Shown here: positions 39,167 to 47,921 of the stretch, in pieces
Numbering within the stretch: the stretch's first letter is position 1
Layout: every line of letters begins with the position of its first letter
NCBI GenBank assembly: GCA_015658775.1
Contig: DQOF01000046.1
Coordinates: 1-55,222 of the forward strand
Direction: 5' to 3'
DNA from: Acidimicrobiia bacterium
GTDB taxonomy: Bacteria > Actinomycetota > Acidimicrobiia > Acidimicrobiales > MedAcidi-G1
DNA length: 55,222 nucleotides
The notes under the pieces: generated by a model
What the model was told of the DNA's origin: nothing
Seen by the model: only the letters and a program-made list of their open reading frames with translations
Database searches by the model: none
Position numbers and translations under genes: made by a program

Positions 39167-39898
39167 TCAGAGCTCTCTGAGTGCGGCGACGCGCATCTCG
39201 ACGTTCGGATGGACGGCCGTGGCCGAGTCGACGGCCCCATCGGGTTGCAACAGCCAGAGGTGGGCGTCGGCCGGCGACGCTGCATCCACGGCGGTGCCGA
39301 GTTCGGCCAGGGACTGGAGCGCCCGCTGCATTCCCGGCGGGTACCTGGTCAACTCGGCAGCGGCCAGGTCGGCGCGGACATGGCAGTCGGAATCGCCGAA
39401 GCGGGCCTGCACGAGCCGGGCTCCGAACACCCGGGCGAACAGTGCACCCAGGGTCTCGTCGGCCAGGCGCCCGCCGCGACAGCGCACCAGGGCGTGGGCC
39501 AGCAGCGCCTCCAGCTCGACCAGTGCCAGCATGTCGGTCGCCCCGGTGGTGACGATGATCGATGCCGTCCGCCTGTTGCCGACGACCGCCGCGTTGCCGG
39601 ACGGGGAATCCAGCACATAGAGGTCGGGGGTGTCGATGCCGTTGGTGAGGCACAGCCCCTCGACGACGTTGTGGAGGCGGGGGAACTCACCGACCGTCGC
39701 CGGTCGGCCGCCGATCGAGCGCCGCACGAGCACGGCGGCCTTGCGGGCGAACAGCCAGACGGGTAGCACGCCGAGTGCCGTGCCCACCGCCACCGATGGC
39801 CCTGCTGGCACCCCGGCTGCCGTCAGGACCACGGTGCAGACGGCTGCCAGCCCGAGCGCGGTGACCGTCGCCGGCGTCTTGAGATGGGGTCGGTGCAT
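39167..39898 (-). CDS. M48 (HtpX-like) peptidase-fold membrane protein with degenerate active site
   Basis: From ATG 39898: two N-terminal TM helices, then FPRLHNVVEGLCLTNGIDTPDLYVLDSPSGNAAVVGNRRTASIIVTTGATDMLALVELEALLAHALVRC ... HVRADLAAAELTRYPPGMQRALQSL ... HPNVEMRVAAL. The layout is collinear with HtpX/M48, but HEXXH reads HALVR (39496..39482) and the downstream Glu ligand position reads His. Confidence 0.65.
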   Translation of the reverse strand: MHRPHLKTPATVTALGLAAVCTVVLTAAGVPAGPSVAVGTALGVLPVWLFARKAAVLVRRSIGGRPATVGEFPRLHNVVEGLCLTNGIDTPDLYVLDSPSGNAAVVGNRRTASIIVTTGATDMLALVELEALLAHALVRCRGGRLADETLGALFARVFGARLVQARFGDSDCHVRADLAAAELTRYPPGMQRALQSLAELGTAVDAASPADAHLWLLQPDGAVDSATAVHPNVEMRVAALREL

Positions 39899-39900
39899 GC

Positions 39901-39941
39901 TTGCCTGTTGCCTGGATGTGGTTGCCTGGATGTGGTTGCCT
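39901..39941. repeat. Tandem 14-nt (7+7) repeat array ending 3 nt upstream of the M48-like start codon
   Basis: Coding strand: AGGCAAC CACATCC AGGCAAC CACATCC AGGCAAC AGGCAAG C ATG. On the plus strand, ttgcct occurs at 39901, 39908, 39922 and 39936. Confidence 0.95.
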
Positions 39942-40094
39942 ACGCACGGGGTTCGGAGCACGGGGTGACCGTGGAACCGTGTGACAGCGGGCTGTCTGTC
40001 GGACGGCATGATATGCCCGCCCGGGGCCGCTGCCGCAGGCACCTCGCGATGAACAGGGCCGTGTATCAGGCGGACTGTCTCCGGGAAGCGGGCC

Positions 40095-41171
40095 TCAGGA
40101 GGCTTCGAGGACATCGCGGTAGATGTCCCGGTAGCGGTCGGCCAGGCGTCGCATCGAGAATTCGTCGGCCCGCTCCAGGCCGTTGGCCACGAGACGGTCG
40201 GCCAGGTCGGGATTGCACAGCACCTTCTCGATGCCGATCGCGAGGACCGCGCCGTCGCCGGGCGGCACCAGGACGGCATTTTCGCCGGCCCGTGCCACCT
40301 TGGAATAGCCGGGGATGTCGCTGGCGACGACGGGGGTGCTGCAGGCCATTCCCTCCAGCAGGACCATGCCGAACGACTCGCCGCGCAGCGACGGTGCGCA
40401 GCACACGTCGGCGCCCCGGATCCGGCTCAGCTTCTCGTCCTCTCCTATGCGGCCCAGCCACTCGATGCGCGGGTCGCCGGCGCCCACGGCCCTGAGGCGG
40501 TCGGTCTCGGGGCCGTCGCCGGCGATCCACAGGCGTACATCGGCCGGAAGGTGGTTCATGGCCTCGACAAGGACGCCGAGGCCCTTGCGCGGCTCGTGTC
40601 GGCCTACGAAGAAGATGGTGGGCCCGTCGGTGGGCCATGGTTCGGCATCGGCGCAGCGGTCCACCTCGACGCCGTTGAACAGCACCTCGAAGTGGCCGCC
40701 CAGGGCGTCGCCGGCCATCTCGGCGGCGTCCGCCGAGACCGCGAAGGTCTGGGCCATGCGCCGTCGGAGTCGTCTGACGGGGCCGTTCAGCAGGTCGTAG
40801 GCGAGGCTCCCGCCCGCCGCATGGAAGGTGCCGACCATCGGCGTCTGGTCCATGAAGAGAGCCGTGACGGTGGGCCCGGGGGCGAGCGGTTCGTGCAGGT
40901 GAAGGATGTCGAACGCCTCGTCGCGCAGTGCGCGAATGGTTCGAAGGGCGCATGGCACGTCGGGGGCGATCGGTGCCATGGAGCCGTTTGCAGCCGTCGG
41001 CAGGCTGTTGCCCAGGGGGGTGACCCCGGAGTCGGGCGGGGGGCCGTCGCAGGGTCCGAGCACCCGGGTGGCATGGCCGGCCTCGCGCAGTTTCCGTGCG
41101 AGGCCGAGGACCTGGCCCTGCACCCCACCGGGGATGGTGAGGCTGTAGGGGCAGATGATGCCGATGCGCAT
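40095..41171 (-). CDS. pimA: GT4 glycosyltransferase, phosphatidylinositol alpha-mannosyltransferase PimA-like
   Basis: Contains MRIGIICPYSLTIPGGVQGQVLGLARKLREAGHATRVLGP, as in the PimA N-terminus. C-terminal GT4 motif: ....FFVGRHEPRKGL.VL......D.....PS.RGESFG.VLLE.MA..TPVVASD. It follows patA and pgsA. Confidence 0.85.
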   Translation of the reverse strand: MRIGIICPYSLTIPGGVQGQVLGLARKLREAGHATRVLGPCDGPPPDSGVTPLGNSLPTAANGSMAPIAPDVPCALRTIRALRDEAFDILHLHEPLAPGPTVTALFMDQTPMVGTFHAAGGSLAYDLLNGPVRRLRRRMAQTFAVSADAAEMAGDALGGHFEVLFNGVEVDRCADAEPWPTDGPTIFFVGRHEPRKGLGVLVEAMNHLPADVRLWIAGDGPETDRLRAVGAGDPRIEWLGRIGEDEKLSRIRGADVCCAPSLRGESFGMVLLEGMACSTPVVASDIPGYSKVARAGENAVLVPPGDGAVLAIGIEKVLCNPDLADRLVANGLERADEFSMRRLADRYRDIYRDVLEAS

Positions 41172-41181
41172 GGGGTGGACG

Positions 41182-42087
41182 CTAGTCAGCGCTGCCGGCG
41201 ACCGGCCGGGGGAGCAGGTCGGAGGGCCAGTTGGGCTGGAGGAGGTGCCACTGCTTCGGAGACCGCCTGATGAGGCCCTCGATCTCGCTGGCCAGCAGCT
41301 GGGTCACCCTGGCGACGTCGTCGCGGAGCCTCCCGAGGCGTTCGGTCGGAATCGCCGGCCTGACGACGCCGTGGCAGCCGTCAGCATGGTCGTAGATGGC
41401 GATCGGCAGGAGGGCTGCGCCGGTGCGCAGGGCCACCGTCGCCGGCCCGGCTGGAAGCAGCGTGGTCTCGCCGAAGAACTCGACCTCCACTCCCACGCCC
41501 CCGACATGGCGGTCGCAGGGCAGGCAGACGGCCCGGTTCTGCCTGACGGCCCTGATCACCTCGGCACCTGCCGTGGAACCCAGCGTGATCACGTCGATGT
41601 CGACCGACGTCCGCAGGGACCTGAACCATGCCAGCAGTTCAGGCGGGTCGAGCGCCTCGACGACTGCCGAGACCGGAACGTGCTCGACCCGTGCCAGCCA
41701 GAACGCAGCCCATTCCCAACTGCCGAGGTGGGGCATGGCCATGATCGGCCCCACCCCGGTCCGGCGGGCTGCCACGATCCGCTCGTAGCCCTCGTGGGTG
41801 AAGCCGGCCTCAATGGCGGCAGGGGTCATTTCGGGCAGCCGGAAGCTCCGGTACCAGTACTCGGCGTACGAGGCGAAGACGGTGTCGACGGAGCGCCGGA
41901 GCGCACGCCCGGCCAGGTCCGGATCCACCGTACGGCGGACGTGCCTCTCGACCATCCGGCGACGATCGGAGTCGAGTCGACCTGCGATCCTGCCCAGCAG
42001 GCGGGCCAGGGCCTCGCCGATGCGCCTGGGCATCCGGCAGGCCAGGGCTGCACCCAGGCGGTAGCCGGCGACGACGCTGGGACTCAA
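41182..42087 (-). CDS. patA: Lauroyl/myristoyl (HtrB/LpxL-family) acyltransferase, PIM acyltransferase PatA-like
   Basis: Contains ...FASYAEYWYRSFRLP......GFTHEGYERI......GPIMAMPHLGSWEWAAFWLA......FFGETTLLPAGPATVALRTGAALLP. The position between pgsA and pimA matches the mycobacterial operon. The start is uncertain: TTG 42087, ATG 42033, or the longest-ORF GTG 42195, which overlaps pgsA by 95 nt. Confidence 0.8.
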   Translation of the reverse strand: MSPSVVAGYRLGAALACRMPRRIGEALARLLGRIAGRLDSDRRRMVERHVRRTVDPDLAGRALRRSVDTVFASYAEYWYRSFRLPEMTPAAIEAGFTHEGYERIVAARRTGVGPIMAMPHLGSWEWAAFWLARVEHVPVSAVVEALDPPELLAWFRSLRTSVDIDVITLGSTAGAEVIRAVRQNRAVCLPCDRHVGGVGVEVEFFGETTLLPAGPATVALRTGAALLPIAIYDHADGCHGVVRPAIPTERLGRLRDDVARVTQLLASEIEGLIRRSPKQWHLLQPNWPSDLLPRPVAGSAD

Positions 42088-42100
42088 GCCCGGCCGGGTA

Positions 42101-42799
42101 CTAGTGGCGGCGTGCGGCTGACCGGCGGCGGGTCGCCATGCGCTGCCTCCGCTCGGCCCGGCGATCGGTCCGCAGTTGGCGGCGTCGGGCTGCACGGCGC
42201 TGGTACGGCGTGTCGCGGGTGATGCCTGCCTGTCGCCACACCTTCACGAATCGTTGGCCGGCCGTGACCAGGCTGAGTGCCAGCATCACCCAGAGGACCG
42301 GCACCAGGATCTCGCTGAAGAGCAGACCGAAGGCGAGCACGATGAACCGCTCGGCCCGTTCCATCAGCCCGCCCCTGGCGTCGTAGCCGAGCGACTCGGC
42401 CTTCGCCCGCTGATACGAGATCAGCATGGCCGTGGCCATGATGGCGACCGGGAGCATCACGATGTGGCCCGGGGAGGTACCCGCCAGGTACCAGGCCACG
42501 CCGCCGAACAGAAGGGCGTCGGTGAGCCGGTCGGCCACGGAGTCGAAGAAGGCGCCGCGGTTCGACGCCGTGCCCGATGCCTTGGCGACGGCACCGTCGA
42601 GGGCGTCGGGGACGCCGGTCAGCACCAGCAGCAGGAAGCCGAACCGCAGGTATCCGAGCCCTATCGAGACGGCGGCGGCCGTGGCCATCACGATTCCGAT
42701 GGTCGTCACGACGTCGGCTGTTATGCCGGTTCGTCTGAGGCTGCGGCCGATAGGGACGAGGCCCCTGTCGACGACGGCCCGCCAGTTGCCGTCAAGCAT
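42101..42799 (-). CDS. pgsA: CDP-alcohol phosphatidyltransferase, phosphatidylinositol-phosphate synthase-like
   Basis: CDP-OH-P motif DALDGAVAKASGTASNRGAFFDSVADRLTD within a polytopic membrane protein. It is first in the pgsA-patA-pimA set. Confidence 0.85.
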   Translation of the reverse strand: MLDGNWRAVVDRGLVPIGRSLRRTGITADVVTTIGIVMATAAAVSIGLGYLRFGFLLLVLTGVPDALDGAVAKASGTASNRGAFFDSVADRLTDALLFGGVAWYLAGTSPGHIVMLPVAIMATAMLISYQRAKAESLGYDARGGLMERAERFIVLAFGLLFSEILVPVLWVMLALSLVTAGQRFVKVWRQAGITRDTPYQRRAARRRQLRTDRRAERRQRMATRRRSAARRH

Positions 42800-42967
42800 G
42801 TGGATTCCCCCCGTGGAGAGAGTGTCGGGTCGGCGGGCCGGTTTCGGGCCCGCATCACACCACCCGTGTGAAAGAACGCCCTAACGGTATCACCGGGTGC
42901 CGCCGCCCGACGTTGCGCCCCACGCAGGTGTGACCGATGCCCGGCGTGTCCCCCGGTGGCTGTCCCG

Positions 42968-43255
42968 CTAGTCGGCGTCCCGGTCTTCGGACCTGACCGC
43001 CAGTGCCGCTACCCCCATGGCCAGTCCCAGGACGCCGACGATGGCGACCACGGGCAGCCTGTCCATCCGGGCGTCGCGGCAGGGTGGCGTGTTCTGGTGC
43101 ACCAGCTCACCGTCGAGTTGGAACGTGACGTCCGTCGGGAACAGGAGGCTTCCGCAGGGGTCGGCGAAGTTGGACTTGACCGGCGTGACCGCCAACAGCA
43201 CAAAGAGCAGTATCGCAGTCGCCGCAACGATTCCGAAAGGCTTCTTCCAGACCAT
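42968..43255 (-). CDS. Small two-TM membrane protein, unknown function (95 aa)
   Basis: ATG at 43255, 11 nt after the upstream stop. It reads MVWKKPFGIVAATAILLFVLLAV..., with a loop carrying two Cys (DPCGS, PPCRD), then LPVVAIVGVLGLAMGVAALAV. No family recognised. Confidence 0.5.
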   Translation of the reverse strand: MVWKKPFGIVAATAILLFVLLAVTPVKSNFADPCGSLLFPTDVTFQLDGELVHQNTPPCRDARMDRLPVVAIVGVLGLAMGVAALAVRSEDRDAD

Positions 43256-43266
43256 GACCCGTGAAT

Positions 43267-43887
43267 CTAGCCCTCCGCTGCTTCGCCCGGGCCGGTCTCC
43301 CAGTCCTCGGGATTGGCCTCCACGTGGCACGCAACCACCTCGCCGTGGATGCCGTCGACGAAGACGAGTCCGCGGCTCTCGGGGGGAGACTCGGTCGAGT
43401 AGACGAGGACCCGCCAGGTGGGCCGGCTGCGGAGCCCGCGCCAGGCCATCTGGGCCGAGGCGTGCCCGACGGGGAAGCCGACGGCCCTGACGGCGGCCAC
43501 CAACGCATCGGCTTCATCGATCTCCAGGTGCCAGCCGGCCTGCAGGTGGTAGGCGCCCACCAGGGCCAGCCCGGCCGCTCCCACCAGAAGGCCACCGTTG
43601 ACGAGTGTCGAGTCGGCTGCGACGAGGGTGACCACGGCAGTGACCGCCGCCAGCGCCAGGTAGAGCATTCCGGGGATTCGACGCCGCCTGTTGTCGGGGA
43701 ATATGTACGCCCCTGCCGTGGCGGTGATGTCGAGGTCTTCCGGCAGTCGGTCGCGGACGGATCCGTCGTCGGCCTCGCCGGCCGCCATACGCGCGGTGGA
43801 GCTCTCGCCGACGTGGTCTTCCCCGTCGGTCCTGTCGGTCTCGCCTTCGGGGTCGGCCACTGCATCGGCCACGGGGTGCTCGTCCAC
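43267..43887 (-). CDS. Membrane protein, unknown function (acidic N-terminus, 2 TM, C-terminal soluble domain)
   Basis: GTG at 43887, 13 nt after the comF stop. TM pair IPGMLYLALAAVTAVVTLVA / GGLLVGAAGLALVGAY. No family recognised. ATG at 43788 is an alternative start. Confidence 0.5.
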   Translation of the reverse strand: MDEHPVADAVADPEGETDRTDGEDHVGESSTARMAAGEADDGSVRDRLPEDLDITATAGAYIFPDNRRRRIPGMLYLALAAVTAVVTLVAADSTLVNGGLLVGAAGLALVGAYHLQAGWHLEIDEADALVAAVRAVGFPVGHASAQMAWRGLRSRPTWRVLVYSTESPPESRGLVFVDGIHGEVVACHVEANPEDWETGPGEAAEG

Positions 43888-43900
43888 GGCGTGACCCTAT

Positions 43901-44674
43901 CTACAGCACGACTTCGACGGCGCGGCCTGACGTGGCCCTGTCGACGGGCCGGCAGGTGGGCGTGGCTGCCACGACCACGGCACTTATCGACACGGCACCC
44001 TTGCCCCGCAGCACCCCGGCGGCGGCACCGAGGGTGGCTCCGGTGGTGACCACGTCGTCGACCAGCAGCAGCCGTGAAGCCGATGGACGCGCCCGGAACC
44101 GTGGGCCCTCCCGCCGCCGTCGGGCGTCGAGCGACGACTGGGCCGGACCGGGCGCCCGCAGGAGGACCCTGCTGCAGCCGATTCCCAGCTCACGGGCAAC
44201 AGACCTGGCCAGGAGCTCGGCCTGGTCGAAACCCCTGGCGCCCCGCCGTGCGACCGTGGTGGGCACCCAGGTGACGACGTCCGGCGGCGGCGAGCCGGAC
44301 CGCTCCGCCAGCGCGGCCATCGCCCGACCCAGCGCCTCGATCGGGGCCCGCCCGTTGGCGAACTTGATCGACCTGACCAGCCGGCCGCCGGCGCCCACAT
44401 AGGAGGCCAGGGCACCAACCCGGTCGAGTCCGGCCGGCGCACGCAGCAGGGGCTCAGGGCCGAGCGAGGCAACGCACTCGGTGCAGGGCCCGGGACATCC
44501 CAACGGGCAGCCGGCACAGGTGCCCGATGGTCGTCGCCAGCCGCGGCCACGCCCCTTCCGCGGATGACCGACGGGCTCGCCGACGGCCCGGCTGCGGCCC
44601 GACCGTTCGTCGAGCACCGCCAGCCAGCCATCGTCGACCAGCGGGTCGGGCAGGAGTGCAGGTGCCTCGGACAC
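43901..44674 (-). CDS. comF: ComF-family phosphoribosyltransferase-domain protein
   Basis: Cys-rich N-terminus (CAGCPLGCPGPCTEC), ...Y.G..GRLVRSIKF.NGRA....LG.....; C-terminal PRTase motif LLLVDDVVTTGATL. Confidence 0.8.
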   Translation of the reverse strand: MSEAPALLPDPLVDDGWLAVLDERSGRSRAVGEPVGHPRKGRGRGWRRPSGTCAGCPLGCPGPCTECVASLGPEPLLRAPAGLDRVGALASYVGAGGRLVRSIKFANGRAPIEALGRAMAALAERSGSPPPDVVTWVPTTVARRGARGFDQAELLARSVARELGIGCSRVLLRAPGPAQSSLDARRRREGPRFRARPSASRLLLVDDVVTTGATLGAAAGVLRGKGAVSISAVVVAATPTCRPVDRATSGRAVEVVL

Positions 44675-44724
44675 GCACCAACCATCGTGCAGGGGTGTGA
44701 CAGCGGTCGACGGGCCCGCCGGGG

Positions 44725-45384
44725 TCAGCCCAGGCGCTGCACCAGGTCGTCGACCACGTGCCCCATGTCGCCCTCGCCACGGATGACGACGTCCGCGTCG
44801 GCGCGGTGCGGGGCGACGAACAGTTCGTGCATAGGCGCAACGGTGGCGGCGAACTGGGCACGCACGCTCTCCTCGGTGCGGCCCCGCTCACTCACGTCGC
44901 GCTCCACCCGCCTGGCCAGGCGCACATCCCCTGGCACGTCCACGTAGACGAGCAGGTCCAGACACTCCCGGATGCCCGGCACAGCGAACAGCAGGATCCC
45001 GTCGACCACCACCACGGGCCCCGGATCCAGCCGGCGGGTGCTGTCGGTCCGGCAGTGGGTGGCGAAGTCGTAGACCGGCACCTCGACGGGCCGACCCGCC
45101 GCCAGGTCGCCCAGGTGCACGAGGAACAGCTCGTGGTCCAGCGAGTCCGGGTGGTCGTAGTTGACCAGCGCCCGCTCGTCCGGGGTGAGGTGGCCGTGGT
45201 CGCGGTAGTACTCGTCGAAGGGGAGGTGGACGGCCCTGTCGCCGAGCCTCTCGACCATCGCCACGGCCAGGGTCGTCTTGCCGGCACAGCTGCCGCCGGC
45301 GATGCCCAGCACCCTTGCGAATCCGCTCGTAGGCACAGCCCCGGAGACGGCACCCGACCCCGCATCGGGCGCCCGGTCCGCCAC
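44725..45384 (-). CDS. udk: Uridine kinase
   Basis: Contains VLGIAGGSCAGKTTLA......FDEYY.D......NYDHPDSLD..L....L..L..G..VEVPVYDF..H.R......VVVVDGILLF......D..VYVD.P.DVRLARR..RD..ERGR. The start is uncertain: GTG 45384 (GAGGG upstream), GTG 45336, or TTG 45441, which overlaps ahcY by 50 nt. Confidence 0.88.
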   Translation of the reverse strand: MADRAPDAGSGAVSGAVPTSGFARVLGIAGGSCAGKTTLAVAMVERLGDRAVHLPFDEYYRDHGHLTPDERALVNYDHPDSLDHELFLVHLGDLAAGRPVEVPVYDFATHCRTDSTRRLDPGPVVVVDGILLFAVPGIRECLDLLVYVDVPGDVRLARRVERDVSERGRTEESVRAQFAATVAPMHELFVAPHRADADVVIRGEGDMGHVVDDLVQRLG

Positions 45385-45391
45385 GGCGCCC

Positions 45392-46834
<1,443 letters not shown>

Positions 46835-46848
46835 GACGACTCCTGGTG

Positions 46849-46878
46849 GTTCGGCTGGGTTCAGCTGGATTCAGCTGG
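46849..46878. repeat. 10-nt direct tandem repeat x3 in the ahcY 5' leader
   Basis: Plus strand: gttcggctgg / gttcagctgg / attcagctgg (a partial fourth gttcgg follows). Two CAGCTG palindromes lie exactly 10 bp apart. The array ends 4 nt upstream of the ahcY SD. Confidence 0.95.
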
Positions 46879-46975
46879 TCTGTTCGGAACATTCCTGGGC
46901 GGGGCTGGGGTCGTCTGACACCGGTTCATGCAGCCTCGGACGCCGGATTCTATCCGGGGCGCCCTGCCGGACCGG

Positions 46976-47920
46976 TCAGACCCGCCATTGCAGGCCGGGG
47001 GCCGGCGCGGGGTCGTACCCCTCGGCGAGGGCCAGGCCCAGGCCCACCTGCTCTCCCAGCACCGCCAACTCGCAGAGGTCCGCCAGCGGCCCTCCGGCCG
47101 GGTCGGTGCCATCGCCCGGGGCCCCGGTGCCACCGGCCCGGACCTCGTGCACCGAGGCGACGAACTCGTCGAGCAACCCGCTGTAGAGGGCGAGCTGTTC
47201 GGCGTCGACGACGCTCTCGTAGCCGCCGCGCAGCATCAGTGCCGTGAAGACCTGCCGGGTGACGGCGCCGTGCTGGCCCCACGAGCACACCTCGTCGTGG
47301 GCGAGGGCTGGCGTGGCGGCCGCCCACGCGGCCACCTTGCCGTGGAGGTTGGCCTGGAACTTCCAGTAGTCGGCGATCGCCGCTCCAACCGGGCCGCCGG
47401 CGTGGATGAGCGGCAGGGTGCGGCCGATGCTCCTGACCAGCCGTTCCGCCGTGCCGCTCCGGGCATGTGCCGCCATGCGTGCATCGAGGCTGTCGGCGAC
47501 CTGCTCGGCCGAGGTCTCCCCGGTGGTTCCGGCGGCGGCGGCCAGCCGGACCCCTGCGACCACCCGGGCCGCCAGGCCCAGGCGCTCCCCCATGCCCTCG
47601 GGCCCGCCGGGCACGGGGACGGCCCCGGCGACGTCGCCGCCCCCCATGTCCAGGATGAGGCTGTCGGCGGGAAGCCTCCCTGAGGCTTCTGCGGCCCCGA
47701 GCACGAGCACCGGGCACGGGGCACCCGGTGCCACGAGGGCCGCCATGGCACGGGCTGCCAGCATGCCCAGGCCCACGCCTGTCACGGCCACCAGCGGGGG
47801 GTCGGTAGGGATGTCGATAAGAGCGGCGTCGGCCGCCGCACGGCGGATGTTCGCCGGCTCGTCGAGTGAGGCGGCTACCAGGCCGAGACTGTCAGGGAAT
47901 CGCTCGGGCACGGTCGCCAC
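46976..47920 (-). CDS. SIS-domain protein, bifunctional phosphoglucose/phosphomannose isomerase-like (bact_PGI_C type)
   Basis: The C-terminal pattern ...ADYWKFQANLHGKVAAWAAATPALAHDEVCSWG... resembles the PGI/PMI C-domain. It has the conserved actinobacterial position next to manA. GTG start lies 1 nt after the manA stop. Confidence 0.65.
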   Translation of the reverse strand: MATVPERFPDSLGLVAASLDEPANIRRAAADAALIDIPTDPPLVAVTGVGLGMLAARAMAALVAPGAPCPVLVLGAAEASGRLPADSLILDMGGGDVAGAVPVPGGPEGMGERLGLAARVVAGVRLAAAAGTTGETSAEQVADSLDARMAAHARSGTAERLVRSIGRTLPLIHAGGPVGAAIADYWKFQANLHGKVAAWAAATPALAHDEVCSWGQHGAVTRQVFTALMLRGGYESVVDAEQLALYSGLLDEFVASVHEVRAGGTGAPGDGTDPAGGPLADLCELAVLGEQVGLGLALAEGYDPAPAPGLQWRV

Positions 47921-47921
47921 G

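Noticed and set aside
42833-42853. Perfect 7-bp GC hairpin (gcgggcc-ggtttcg-ggcccgc) as a rho-independent terminator.
   Set aside because: It is not called as a feature. On the transcribed strand no U-tract follows, it lies 115 nt after the preceding stop, and it could equally be part of the pgsA leader. It is mentioned only as something to test.
46943-46957. CCGGATAGAATCCGG palindrome after the SIS-gene stop as a terminator.
   Set aside because: It has only 6 bp with a 3-nt loop and no U-tract. It also contains a TAGAAT -10-like hexamer, so its role is ambiguous. Not annotated as a feature.
46835-46975. Possible SAH riboswitch upstream of ahcY.
   Set aside because: By eye, the conserved SAH-riboswitch segments (GAGGAGCGCUGC..., ...AGGCUCGG..., ...CAACGGCGCUC) are not present. 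Only a loose CCGAGGCUGC resemblance exists. A cmsearch is needed for certainty, so this is kept only as a negative note inside the leader finding.
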